Positions 42,346-49,965 of a stretch of DNA of 64,000 bases are shown here, one piece after another. Position 1 is the stretch's first letter. Every line of letters starts with the position of its first letter. The DNA comes from Thauera sp. (GTDB lineage Bacteria; Pseudomonadota; Gammaproteobacteria; Burkholderiales; Rhodocyclaceae): assembly GCF_035444905.1 (NCBI RefSeq), contig NZ_DAOMPS010000014.1, forward strand, positions 4,439 to 68,438, read 5' to 3'. The notes beneath the pieces were generated by a model. That model was given only the letters and a program-made list of their open reading frames with translations, had not been told where the DNA came from and made no database searches. The position numbers and the translations under genes are program-made.

Positions 42346-42357
42346 ATAGCTTGCTAT
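42346..42357. promoter_or_regulatory. Palindrome ATAGCTTGCTAT upstream of the crotonase gene
   Basis: ATAGC-TT-GCTAT, 108 bp before GTG 42465. Confidence 0.35.
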
Positions 42358-42464
42358 CCATGTTCGGTTCCGCTTAATGCGAATCGGGATGGCGGGAGGG
42401 GCTCCCTATACTTGAGGCGTCCCGGCGACAGCGTGTGCGCCGGATGTAATAGGAGCTGCGTCCC

Positions 42465-43256
42465 GTGAGCAAGGTCTTGACCCGAATCGACGGCCATGTG
42501 CTGACCGTCACCATCAACCGGCCAGAGGCGATGAACGCGCTCGACCCGGAAACCCAGGCGCTGATGTCCGAGGCCTTCGATGCCTTCGCGGCCGATGACG
42601 AACTCTGGATCGCCGTCGTGCGTGGCGCGGGCGGGCGGGCGTTCTCGGCCGGCGGCGACATCCGTGCGATGCGCACCGCGCTCGAAGGCGGCGCCCCCTA
42701 CACGATCCCCGCCACCGGCTACGGCGGCCTCACCAGCCGTTTCGACCTCGACAAGCCGGTCATCGCCGCGGTCGAGGGCATCGCCATGGGCGGTGGCTTC
42801 GAGGTGGCGATGGCTTGCGACCTGGTGCTCGCTACCCGCAGTTCGAGCTTCGCGCTGCCCGAGCCGCGCATCGGCGCCGTCGCCTACGCCGGCGGCATGC
42901 ACCGCCTGCCGCGCCAGATCGGCATGAAGCGGGCGATGGAGCTGCTGCTGACGGCGCGCAGCATCGACGCTGCGCAGGCGGCAGAGTGGGGGCTGGTGAA
43001 CGAGGTGGTGGACGACGGCACCCTGGACGCCGCCATCGCGCGCTGGTGCGAGCTGCTGTGCGCCAACGCGCCGCTGGCGCTGCGCGCGACCAAGGCCGCG
43101 GTGCGCGACGGCCTGGCGCTGCCGCTCGACGAGGCGATCCGCCGCCAGGATGCAGGCGGCTACCCGGCCATCGAGGCGATGCGGGGCAGCCGCGACGTGG
43201 TCGAGGGCATCATGGCCTTCAACCAGAAGCGCGCAGCGGTGTGGGAAGGGCGCTGA
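42465..43256 (+). CDS. Enoyl-CoA hydratase/isomerase
   Basis: GTG start with AGGAG 9 nt upstream. It has RAFSAGGDIRAM and VEGIAMGGGFEVAMACD. Confidence 0.9.
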   Translation: MSKVLTRIDGHVLTVTINRPEAMNALDPETQALMSEAFDAFAADDELWIAVVRGAGGRAFSAGGDIRAMRTALEGGAPYTIPATGYGGLTSRFDLDKPVIAAVEGIAMGGGFEVAMACDLVLATRSSSFALPEPRIGAVAYAGGMHRLPRQIGMKRAMELLLTARSIDAAQAAEWGLVNEVVDDGTLDAAIARWCELLCANAPLALRATKAAVRDGLALPLDEAIRRQDAGGYPAIEAMRGSRDVVEGIMAFNQKRAAVWEGR

Positions 43257-43322
43257 GGCGGCGGACCGCCCAGCGCGCCCCCTGCGGTGGCCCCTCAGGC
43301 CGATCCTTCGGCATCAACCCGG

Positions 43323-44021
43323 ATGAACCTTTCCATGCAACAGACTGATACCGATCTCGCTGCGGCCTTCGCCGACATCGTCGCGCGTCGCGCCTCGACC
43401 CGTGCCTTTCTCGCCGAGCCGTTGCTGCGCGCCGACATCGAGCGCGCCCTCGCGCTCGCCTGCCGTGCGCCTTCGAACTGCAACACGCAGCCGTGGACGA
43501 TCGCGGTGGCCTCCGGCGCCGCCCGCGATCGGCTGGCGGCCGCCATCTCCGCCGACATGATGCGCGGCCACATGGCGCCGGACCTGCCCTATGACGGCCG
43601 CTACGCCGGCATCTACCGCGAGCGCCAGGTCGCCGCCGCCGAGGCCCTCTACGGGGCGGCCGGCATCGCGCGCGAGGACAAGATGGGGCGGCAGGCGCAG
43701 TTCATGCGCAACTACGCCTTCTTCGGCGCGCCGCACGTCGCCTTCTTCTTCCTGCCCCCGGGCTTCGGCATCCGCGAGGCTGCCGACCTGGGCATGTGCG
43801 CGCAGACCTTCATGCTGGCGCTGACGAGCATGGGCCATGCGAGCTGCCCGCAGACCGCGCTCAGCTTCCACCCCGAGCGGGTACGCGCCGAGTTCGACAT
43901 CGCGCCCGGCGCCCAGCTCCTGTTCGGCGTGTCCTTCGGCCGCCCCGACCCCGCCGCGCCGGTCAATGACGCGCGCGTCGGGCGCGACGTGACCGCCTGC
44001 ACCCTGATCCGTGAGGATTGA
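43323..44021 (+). CDS. Nitroreductase-family flavoprotein
   Basis: Track ORF 43287 (GTG) trimmed. It has RRASTRAFL and APSNCNTQPW. The start is ambiguous: 43287, 43323 or 43335. Confidence 0.83.
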   Translation: MNLSMQQTDTDLAAAFADIVARRASTRAFLAEPLLRADIERALALACRAPSNCNTQPWTIAVASGAARDRLAAAISADMMRGHMAPDLPYDGRYAGIYRERQVAAAEALYGAAGIAREDKMGRQAQFMRNYAFFGAPHVAFFFLPPGFGIREAADLGMCAQTFMLALTSMGHASCPQTALSFHPERVRAEFDIAPGAQLLFGVSFGRPDPAAPVNDARVGRDVTACTLIRED

Positions 44022-44022
44022 G

Positions 44023-45627
44023 ATGGACAGCTTCGACTACATCGTGGTGGGCGCGGGCAGCGCCGGCTGCGCAGTCGCCGCGCGCCTGTCGGAAGACCCC
44101 GGCTGCAGCGTGCTGCTGCTCGAGGCCGGCGGGCGCGACGACAAGCTGCTGATCGACATGCCCGCCGGCTGGGGCAAGACGCAGGATCCGGCCAGCCCCT
44201 TCAACTGGGCCTTCGAGACCGAGGCCGAGCCCGGTCTCGAGGGCCGCCGCGTGCCCTTGCCGCGCGGCAAGGTGCTGGGCGGCAGCTCGGCGATTAACGG
44301 CCTGATCTACATCCGCGGCCAGCACGAGGACTACGACGACTGGGTCGCCGCCGGGGCGCCCGGCTGGGGCTGGGCCGAACTGGCGCCGTACTTCCGCCGC
44401 ATGGAGCGCAACCTGGGCATTGCCGATGAGCATCACGGCCAGGACGGCCCGATCGCGGTGTCCGACCTGGTCGACCCGACGCCGCTGGCCGAGGTCATGA
44501 TCCGGGCCGCCGAGCAGGCGGGCGTTCCCCGCACCCGCGACTTCAACGGCGCGCGCCAGGAGGGCGTCGGCCCCTACCAGGCGACGATCGCCCGCGCGCG
44601 CCGCTGTTCGGCGGCGCATGGCTACCTGCGCCCGGCAGGCGCACGCCACAACCTGGCGGTGCACACCGGGGCGCTGGTCGCCGGCGTGGTGCTCGAGGGC
44701 GGGCGCGCGACCGGCGTGCGCTACCAGCTCGGCGGGCAGGAGCGGGTGGCCGCAGCGCGCGCCGAGGTGATCCTGTGCGCCGGCGCCATCGGCTCGCCGC
44801 AGATCCTGATGCTGTCTGGGATCGGGCCGGGCGCGGAGCTCGTACGCCATGGCATCCCGGTGCGCGTCGATGCGCCTGCGGTGGGCGCGGACCTGCAGGA
44901 TCATCTGGTGGTGCCGCTGATGTGGCGGCTGCGCGACGGCCAGCCTTCGATGAACCCCCGCCTGGGCGGGGCGCGCGTGCTGCTCGAAGTGCTGAACTAC
45001 CTCGTGCGCAAGCGCGGTGCGATGACCATGCCGGCGGCCGAGGTCGGCATCTTCCTGCGCAGCCGCGCCGATCTCGTGCGCCCCGACCTGCAGTTCCACG
45101 TGCTACCGCTCTCGGGCGACCTCGACGGCGAGCACAAGAAGCTGCATGCCTTCCCTGGCTATACGCTGGCGCCCAACGTCTGCCGGCCGACCTCGCGCGG
45201 TGTCGTGAGCCTGGCCTCGGCCGATCCCGCGGCGCGGCCCCGCCTGCGCATGAACTACCTGAGCACCGACCACGACGTCGAGCTCACGCTCGCCGGCATG
45301 GCGTGGGCGCGGCGCATCGCCGCCGCCCCGGCGCTGGCGCAGATCACCGCGGACGAGGTGTATCCCGGTACCGCCGCGACCACGCGCGAACAGCTGCTGG
45401 ACTACGCCCGCCGTGCCGGCACCACCGGACATCATCCGGTGGGCACCTGCCGCATGGGCAATGACGCCGCCGCCGTGGTCGATACCACGCTGGCGGTGCG
45501 CGGCGTGACGGGGCTGCGCGTGGCCGACGCCTCGGTGATGCCGCGGCTGATCTCGGGTAACACCAACGCCACCGCGATCGTGATCGGCGAACGCGCGGCC
45601 GAGTTCGCGCGCGCCGCGCGGGGCTGA
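44023..45627 (+). CDS. GMC-family FAD oxidoreductase (choline/alcohol dehydrogenase-like)
   Basis: ATG 44023 has GAGGA 6 nt upstream. It has DYIVVGAGSAGCAVAARLSE, GKVLGGSSAINGLIY and HPVGTCRMG. Confidence 0.9.
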   Translation: MDSFDYIVVGAGSAGCAVAARLSEDPGCSVLLLEAGGRDDKLLIDMPAGWGKTQDPASPFNWAFETEAEPGLEGRRVPLPRGKVLGGSSAINGLIYIRGQHEDYDDWVAAGAPGWGWAELAPYFRRMERNLGIADEHHGQDGPIAVSDLVDPTPLAEVMIRAAEQAGVPRTRDFNGARQEGVGPYQATIARARRCSAAHGYLRPAGARHNLAVHTGALVAGVVLEGGRATGVRYQLGGQERVAAARAEVILCAGAIGSPQILMLSGIGPGAELVRHGIPVRVDAPAVGADLQDHLVVPLMWRLRDGQPSMNPRLGGARVLLEVLNYLVRKRGAMTMPAAEVGIFLRSRADLVRPDLQFHVLPLSGDLDGEHKKLHAFPGYTLAPNVCRPTSRGVVSLASADPAARPRLRMNYLSTDHDVELTLAGMAWARRIAAAPALAQITADEVYPGTAATTREQLLDYARRAGTTGHHPVGTCRMGNDAAAVVDTTLAVRGVTGLRVADASVMPRLISGNTNATAIVIGERAAEFARAARG

Positions 45628-45658
45628 GGCCGGCGATCAGGATGAAGCGAGGAATGCG

Positions 45659-47110
45659 ATGAAGATGAACAGCGATGAGATGGCGCGGCTGCAAAGCGCG
45701 GACGAGACGACGCTGCGCGCCTGCCTCGAGGCGATGAAGGCAGCGCACGCGCGTGACGGTCTGGCGGATGCGGCCCTGCGCACCGATCGCCTCACGCGGC
45801 TGATGGTTCTGCTGCGCGAGCGGGCGGACGAGTTCTGCGCCGCGCTCGACGCGGATTTTGGCGGGCGGCCGCGCGAGACCTCGCTGATGAGCGACGTGAT
45901 GGCGACCTTCAACACGGTCAATTACGCACGCGGGCGGGTCCGACGCTGGATGAAGCCCGACCGGCGCGACGGCGTCGTCCCCTTCAACCTGTTCGGGGCC
46001 CGGGTCGAGGTGCAGCGCATGCCCAAGGGGGTGGTGGGCATCCTTGGGCCGTGGAACGTACCGCTGTTCACCACCCTGGCGCCGCTGGCCTTTGCGCTCG
46101 CTGCCGGCAACCGCGCGATGCTGAAGCCGTCGGAGTTCGTGCCGCGCACGTCGGCCTTGTTGCAGGCGGCGGTCGCGGACCGGTTCGCTGCGGACGAGGT
46201 CGCCGTGTTCACCGGTGATGCGGCGGTGGCGGGGGCCTTCAGTGCCTTGCCCTTCGATCACCTGGTGTTTACCGGCAGCACGACGACCGGCATCCGGGTG
46301 ATGCGGGCAGCGGCGGAGAACCTGGTCCCCGTCACCCTGGAACTGGGTGGCAAGTCGCCGGTGATCGTCGGTCGAAGCGCGGATGTGGCGCTGGCCGCCG
46401 AGCGCATCGTGAGCGCAAAGGTCATGAACGGCGGCCAGGTCTGCGTCAGTCCGGACACGGTTCACGTCGCGGACGCGCTCGTCGAGCCCTTCATTGCGGC
46501 GTGCGAGGCGGTTCATCGGCGCCTGTTCCCCACGGTCGCCGGTGATGCCGCGCTGACCTCGATCATCGACGCGCGCCACTTCGCCCGCATCCACGGCTAC
46601 CTGGACGAAGTTCGCTCGGCAGGCGGACGGATCGTCGACTGCGGTGGGGGCCTGGTCGCCAGCGGGCGCAAGCTGTCGCTCCATCTGGTCGTCGATGCGC
46701 CTGTCGGCAGCCGGATTGCGCGCGAGGAGATCTTCGGCCCCTTGCTCCAGGTCGAGCGCTACGCGGACATCGCCGCGGTCATCGAGCGCATCAACGCCGC
46801 TCCGCGTCCGCTCGCGCTGTATTACTTTGGCACCGACCGTGCGGAGGAGCGCCGGGTACTCGAGCACACCCTGTCCGGTGGCGTCGCGATCAATGACGTG
46901 ATGCTGCAGGTCGCCGCGCACGATGCGCCCTTTGGTGGCGTGGGCGCCTCGGGCATGGGGGTGTATCACGGGCGCGAAGGATTCAACGAATTCTGTCATC
47001 CGCGCACGGTGTATCGCAGCGGCTGGTGGGATCCGCGCAAGGCCCTCGGCTTGCTGCCGCCCTATTCGAAGAAACTCTATGGGCGCTTGTTGGCGACGCT
47101 GAAGGTGTGA
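45659..47110 (+). CDS. NAD(P)-dependent aldehyde dehydrogenase (coniferyl-aldehyde/ALDH3-like)
   Basis: It has LELGGKSP, NGGQVCVSPD and EEIFGPLL. Confidence 0.92.
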   Translation: MKMNSDEMARLQSADETTLRACLEAMKAAHARDGLADAALRTDRLTRLMVLLRERADEFCAALDADFGGRPRETSLMSDVMATFNTVNYARGRVRRWMKPDRRDGVVPFNLFGARVEVQRMPKGVVGILGPWNVPLFTTLAPLAFALAAGNRAMLKPSEFVPRTSALLQAAVADRFAADEVAVFTGDAAVAGAFSALPFDHLVFTGSTTTGIRVMRAAAENLVPVTLELGGKSPVIVGRSADVALAAERIVSAKVMNGGQVCVSPDTVHVADALVEPFIAACEAVHRRLFPTVAGDAALTSIIDARHFARIHGYLDEVRSAGGRIVDCGGGLVASGRKLSLHLVVDAPVGSRIAREEIFGPLLQVERYADIAAVIERINAAPRPLALYYFGTDRAEERRVLEHTLSGGVAINDVMLQVAAHDAPFGGVGASGMGVYHGREGFNEFCHPRTVYRSGWWDPRKALGLLPPYSKKLYGRLLATLKV

Positions 47111-47112
47111 CG

Positions 47113-47148
47113 CATCGCGGCCCCGTGCAGACGGGGCCGCGATGTTTC
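47113..47148 (+). terminator. Hairpin terminator after the aldehyde dehydrogenase gene
   Basis: CATCGCGGCCCCGT-gcag-ACGGGGCCGCGATG forms a 14-bp stem followed by TTTC, which is a short U-tract. Confidence 0.55.
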
Positions 47149-47440
47149 AGGCGATCGCGCGGAGCGCGAAGGGGAGGCCGGCCATGCCCGCCCAGCCTAG
47201 GCGCCCCCAGAACGCGAGCGTCGGGGACTGGTGGTTCCACAGACCGAGCGCCCCGAAGGCGCCCATGGCGCCGGCGCCCTCGATCCAGATGCCGGCGAGC
47301 CCAGCCAGGCCGAGCAGGCCCAGCATGCGGATGGCCGCGCCGGAGCGCGCGGGGAGGACCGGGCGCCGGAGGCCGGCGAGCCCGGCGAGGCCGATGAGAC
47401 CGATCAGTCCGACCCAGGGTGCGAACGATGCAATGGCCAT
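47147..47440 (-). CDS. Hypothetical small Gly/Leu-rich membrane protein (97 aa)
   Basis: MAIASFAPWVGLIGLIGLAGLAGLRRP... has repeated GLxGLAGL segments. AAGGA lies 9 nt upstream of the ATG. It is flanked by hairpins on both sides. Reading-frame evidence is weaker than for the enzymes. Confidence 0.45.
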   Translation of the reverse strand: MAIASFAPWVGLIGLIGLAGLAGLRRPVLPARSGAAIRMLGLLGLAGLAGIWIEGAGAMGAFGALGLWNHQSPTLAFWGRLGWAGMAGLPFALRAIA

Positions 47441-47468
47441 GTCTGGCGTCCTTTTCTGCAGTGGAGGG

Positions 47469-47495
47469 AAAAACGGCCTGTCGGGGAGACAGGCC
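47469..47495 (-). terminator. Rho-independent terminator of the Rieske oxygenase gene
   Basis: On the minus strand, GGCCTGTC-tcccc-GACAGGCC is followed by GTTTTT, 27 nt after stop 47522. Confidence 0.7.
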
Positions 47496-47521
47496 GTGCG
47501 GGCGTCGTGGATGTCCGGCGC

Positions 47522-48628
47522 TCAGGCTGCAACCGGGGTCTCGGTGTAGGGCGGGATGCCCTTCGGCACGTAGTGGCCCTCACACTGCTCGAGGTACTCC
47601 TGCTTCTTCGCGCGCGGGTTGAAGAACTGCTTGTACCAGATGCGCGCCTTCATGAAGGGGCCATCGCTGGGGATGAAGAGCCCGTTCAGGCAGGGTGCCT
47701 TGTTGGTCCACACCTCGAAATCCTGCGCGAAGGCGAGGCGGCTGGATTCCTGGAACTGGCGGGCGGCGATCATGTCGGTGTGCGTCGCGACCGCGCTGTT
47801 GCTCGGCGACTTGACCAGCAGCGCATGCCAGACCTTGAGCGAGCCGTCCTCGACCGGGGTGTGAGTGATCATCAGCACCGCGTCGTAGAGGCCGGTCAGG
47901 TGGGAGATCAGCACGCCGGGGCCGTGGTAGATGGTGATGGTGTGCAGGATCGGGCTGACGCCGTTCGGGCCGACCAGGGTGCGGTGCGGGCCGCACTGGC
48001 GCTGGATGGCGTGGTGGGCCTTGAACTCGTTCTCGTAGCGCTGCACGGTCGAGCCGTGGATCGGGCTCAGGTGGCCGTAGTCGCAGATGTTGTCGATGAC
48101 TTCCTGCGGGTGCTGCTGGAGCATGCCGAGGTGGTCGAACTTCCAGTGCACCCAGGCCGGATCGTCCCACTCCTTCAGGCTAGGGTGGTCCCACTCGGGC
48201 TCGCCGCCCTCGGGGTCGTGCCACACCCAGATTGCGCCCAGGCTCTCGACCACCGGCCACGACTTGACCTTCGCGGCGGCGGGAATCGGCCCCTCGTGAT
48301 AGGGAATGTCGTTGCACTTGCCGTCGGTGCCGAAGCGCCAGCCATGGTAGGGACAGCGGATGCCGTCACCCTCGACGTTGGAGCCGCCGCCGTCGATGAC
48401 GACGTAGGAGGTGTTGTTCGGTGCCGCCAGGTGCGTCTTCATGTGCGGGCAGTAGGCGTCGAGCAGCACGACCTTGCCGGTTTCACGGCCGCGGTAGAGC
48501 GCGAAGTCCTGGCCGAAGAAGCGCACCGACAAGGGCTTGTGGGTGTCGAGCTCGGAAGCCTCCGCGATCATGAACCAGCCGCGCGGGAAGGTGAACTCAC
48601 CAAGGCGATAGTCTTTCGTTGTGGCCAT
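47522..48628 (-). CDS. kshA: Rieske non-haem-iron oxygenase, 3-ketosteroid 9-alpha-hydroxylase (KshA)-like
   Basis: Track ORF 47522..48739 trimmed to ATG 48628 (gaggaggcccgc upstream). It has the Rieske motif CPHMKTH...CPYHGWRF and a non-haem-iron region with DYGHLSPIHG. Confidence 0.85.
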   Translation of the reverse strand: MATTKDYRLGEFTFPRGWFMIAEASELDTHKPLSVRFFGQDFALYRGRETGKVVLLDAYCPHMKTHLAAPNNTSYVVIDGGGSNVEGDGIRCPYHGWRFGTDGKCNDIPYHEGPIPAAAKVKSWPVVESLGAIWVWHDPEGGEPEWDHPSLKEWDDPAWVHWKFDHLGMLQQHPQEVIDNICDYGHLSPIHGSTVQRYENEFKAHHAIQRQCGPHRTLVGPNGVSPILHTITIYHGPGVLISHLTGLYDAVLMITHTPVEDGSLKVWHALLVKSPSNSAVATHTDMIAARQFQESSRLAFAQDFEVWTNKAPCLNGLFIPSDGPFMKARIWYKQFFNPRAKKQEYLEQCEGHYVPKGIPPYTETPVAA

Positions 48629-48738
48629 GCGGGCCTCCTCTTCGTTGTGAACCAGTGTGCAATTCATCGGGCTGGCACCAGATCCCGGCCTGAAACCCCG
48701 ACCCTGGCTGATTGTCAGGGCCGGTGCCGGGGCGCGCA

Positions 48739-48754
48739 TCCCCTGTTTGGACGA
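48739..48754. promoter_or_regulatory. Half-conserved copy of recurring palindrome (TCCCC-N6-GACGA)
   Basis: ctgtttGGACGATGG. The right half is conserved and the left half is weak. It lies in the kshA/MBL divergent region. Confidence 0.25.
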
Positions 48755-48796
48755 TGGTCGGCGTGCGCGGGGCAGGGCGGCGTGATGACGGGCTTA

Positions 48797-48812
48797 TCGT
48801 CCTTTTGGACGT
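48797..48812. promoter_or_regulatory. Copy of recurring palindrome (TCGTC-N6-GACGT)
   Basis: TCGTCcttttgGACGT lies 64 bp upstream of ATG 48876 and 169 bp upstream of the kshA start. Confidence 0.35.
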
Positions 48813-48875
48813 GTTCGCGCCCTGCGCTCCCGCCTAAGGTTAGGCTCGGACAACAATCACAAGGACGGAGACTCC

Positions 48876-49949
48876 ATGGTCCACACCGCGCATTCCCCTG
48901 CAGAAGTGGCATGCGACGCCCCCGAGCGGATCGCATTTCCGTTCGATCCGCCGCAGCCCGACGGCGAGGTGGTCACGCTCGCCCCCGGTGTGCTGTGGGC
49001 GCGCATGCCGATGCCGATGCAGCTCGACCACATCAACGTCTATCTGCTTCGCGATCACGACGGCTGGTTCATCGTCGACACCGGCCTCAACCTGCCGACC
49101 TCGCGCACGCTGTGGGAGACGATCGTCGAGCGCCATTTCGACGGCCTGCCGTTGAAGGGCCTGATCTGCACGCACTTCCACTACGACCACGCCGGCCTGT
49201 CGGCGTGGCTGACCGAACGCTTCGATGCGCCGCTGTACATGACGCATGGCGAGTACTTCACCATGCGCACGCTCGCCGGCCCGCCGCCCGAGCCGCTGCC
49301 CGATTCCATGCTCACGTTCTACCTGCGCGCGGGCATGCCGCGCGAGCGCGTCGAGGAGATGTTCGCCAAGCTGCGCCGCGACCCCTTCATGCCGCCGCAG
49401 CCGCGCGCGTTTACCCGGCTGCGCGAAGGGCAGGTGCTGCACATCGGCGGTCGTGACTGGCGGGTGGTGATCGGCGAGGGCCATTCGCCCGAGCATGCCT
49501 GCCTGTATTGCGGTTCGGACCGCCTGCTGATCGCGGGCGACCAGCTGCTGCCGCGCATCACCTCCAACGTGCTGGTCTCCGACATCGAGCCCGAGGCCAA
49601 CCCGCTCAAGCTCTGGCTCGACTCGCTCGACCGCCTGGCCCAGCTTGCCCCCGACACCCTGGTGCTGCCCTCGCACGAGCGCGTGTTCCGCGGCCTGCTG
49701 CCGCGGGTGGCGGAGCTGCATGCCCACCACGCCCTGCAGTTCGACATCGTGCGCGGCCACCTGCGCGAGACCGGCAGCGCGACCGCCTTCGAGACCAAGA
49801 GCAAACTATTTCCGCGCGTGCTCAGCGCCGTCGAAGACATGATGGCGCTGGGCGAAACGATCGCCCATCTGTCCTGCCTGCGCTACGCGGGCGAGGTCCG
49901 CCGCGTGCTGGACGACGACGGGCTTTACCGCTTCAGCCTTGCAAACTGA
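48876..49949 (+). CDS. Metallo-beta-lactamase-fold hydrolase
   Basis: It has the THFHYDHAG (HxHxDH) motif and a later GHSPEH. GGAG RBS. Confidence 0.85.
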   Translation: MVHTAHSPAEVACDAPERIAFPFDPPQPDGEVVTLAPGVLWARMPMPMQLDHINVYLLRDHDGWFIVDTGLNLPTSRTLWETIVERHFDGLPLKGLICTHFHYDHAGLSAWLTERFDAPLYMTHGEYFTMRTLAGPPPEPLPDSMLTFYLRAGMPRERVEEMFAKLRRDPFMPPQPRAFTRLREGQVLHIGGRDWRVVIGEGHSPEHACLYCGSDRLLIAGDQLLPRITSNVLVSDIEPEANPLKLWLDSLDRLAQLAPDTLVLPSHERVFRGLLPRVAELHAHHALQFDIVRGHLRETGSATAFETKSKLFPRVLSAVEDMMALGETIAHLSCLRYAGEVRRVLDDDGLYRFSLAN

Positions 49950-49965
49950 TCTTCAGGAGTTATCG

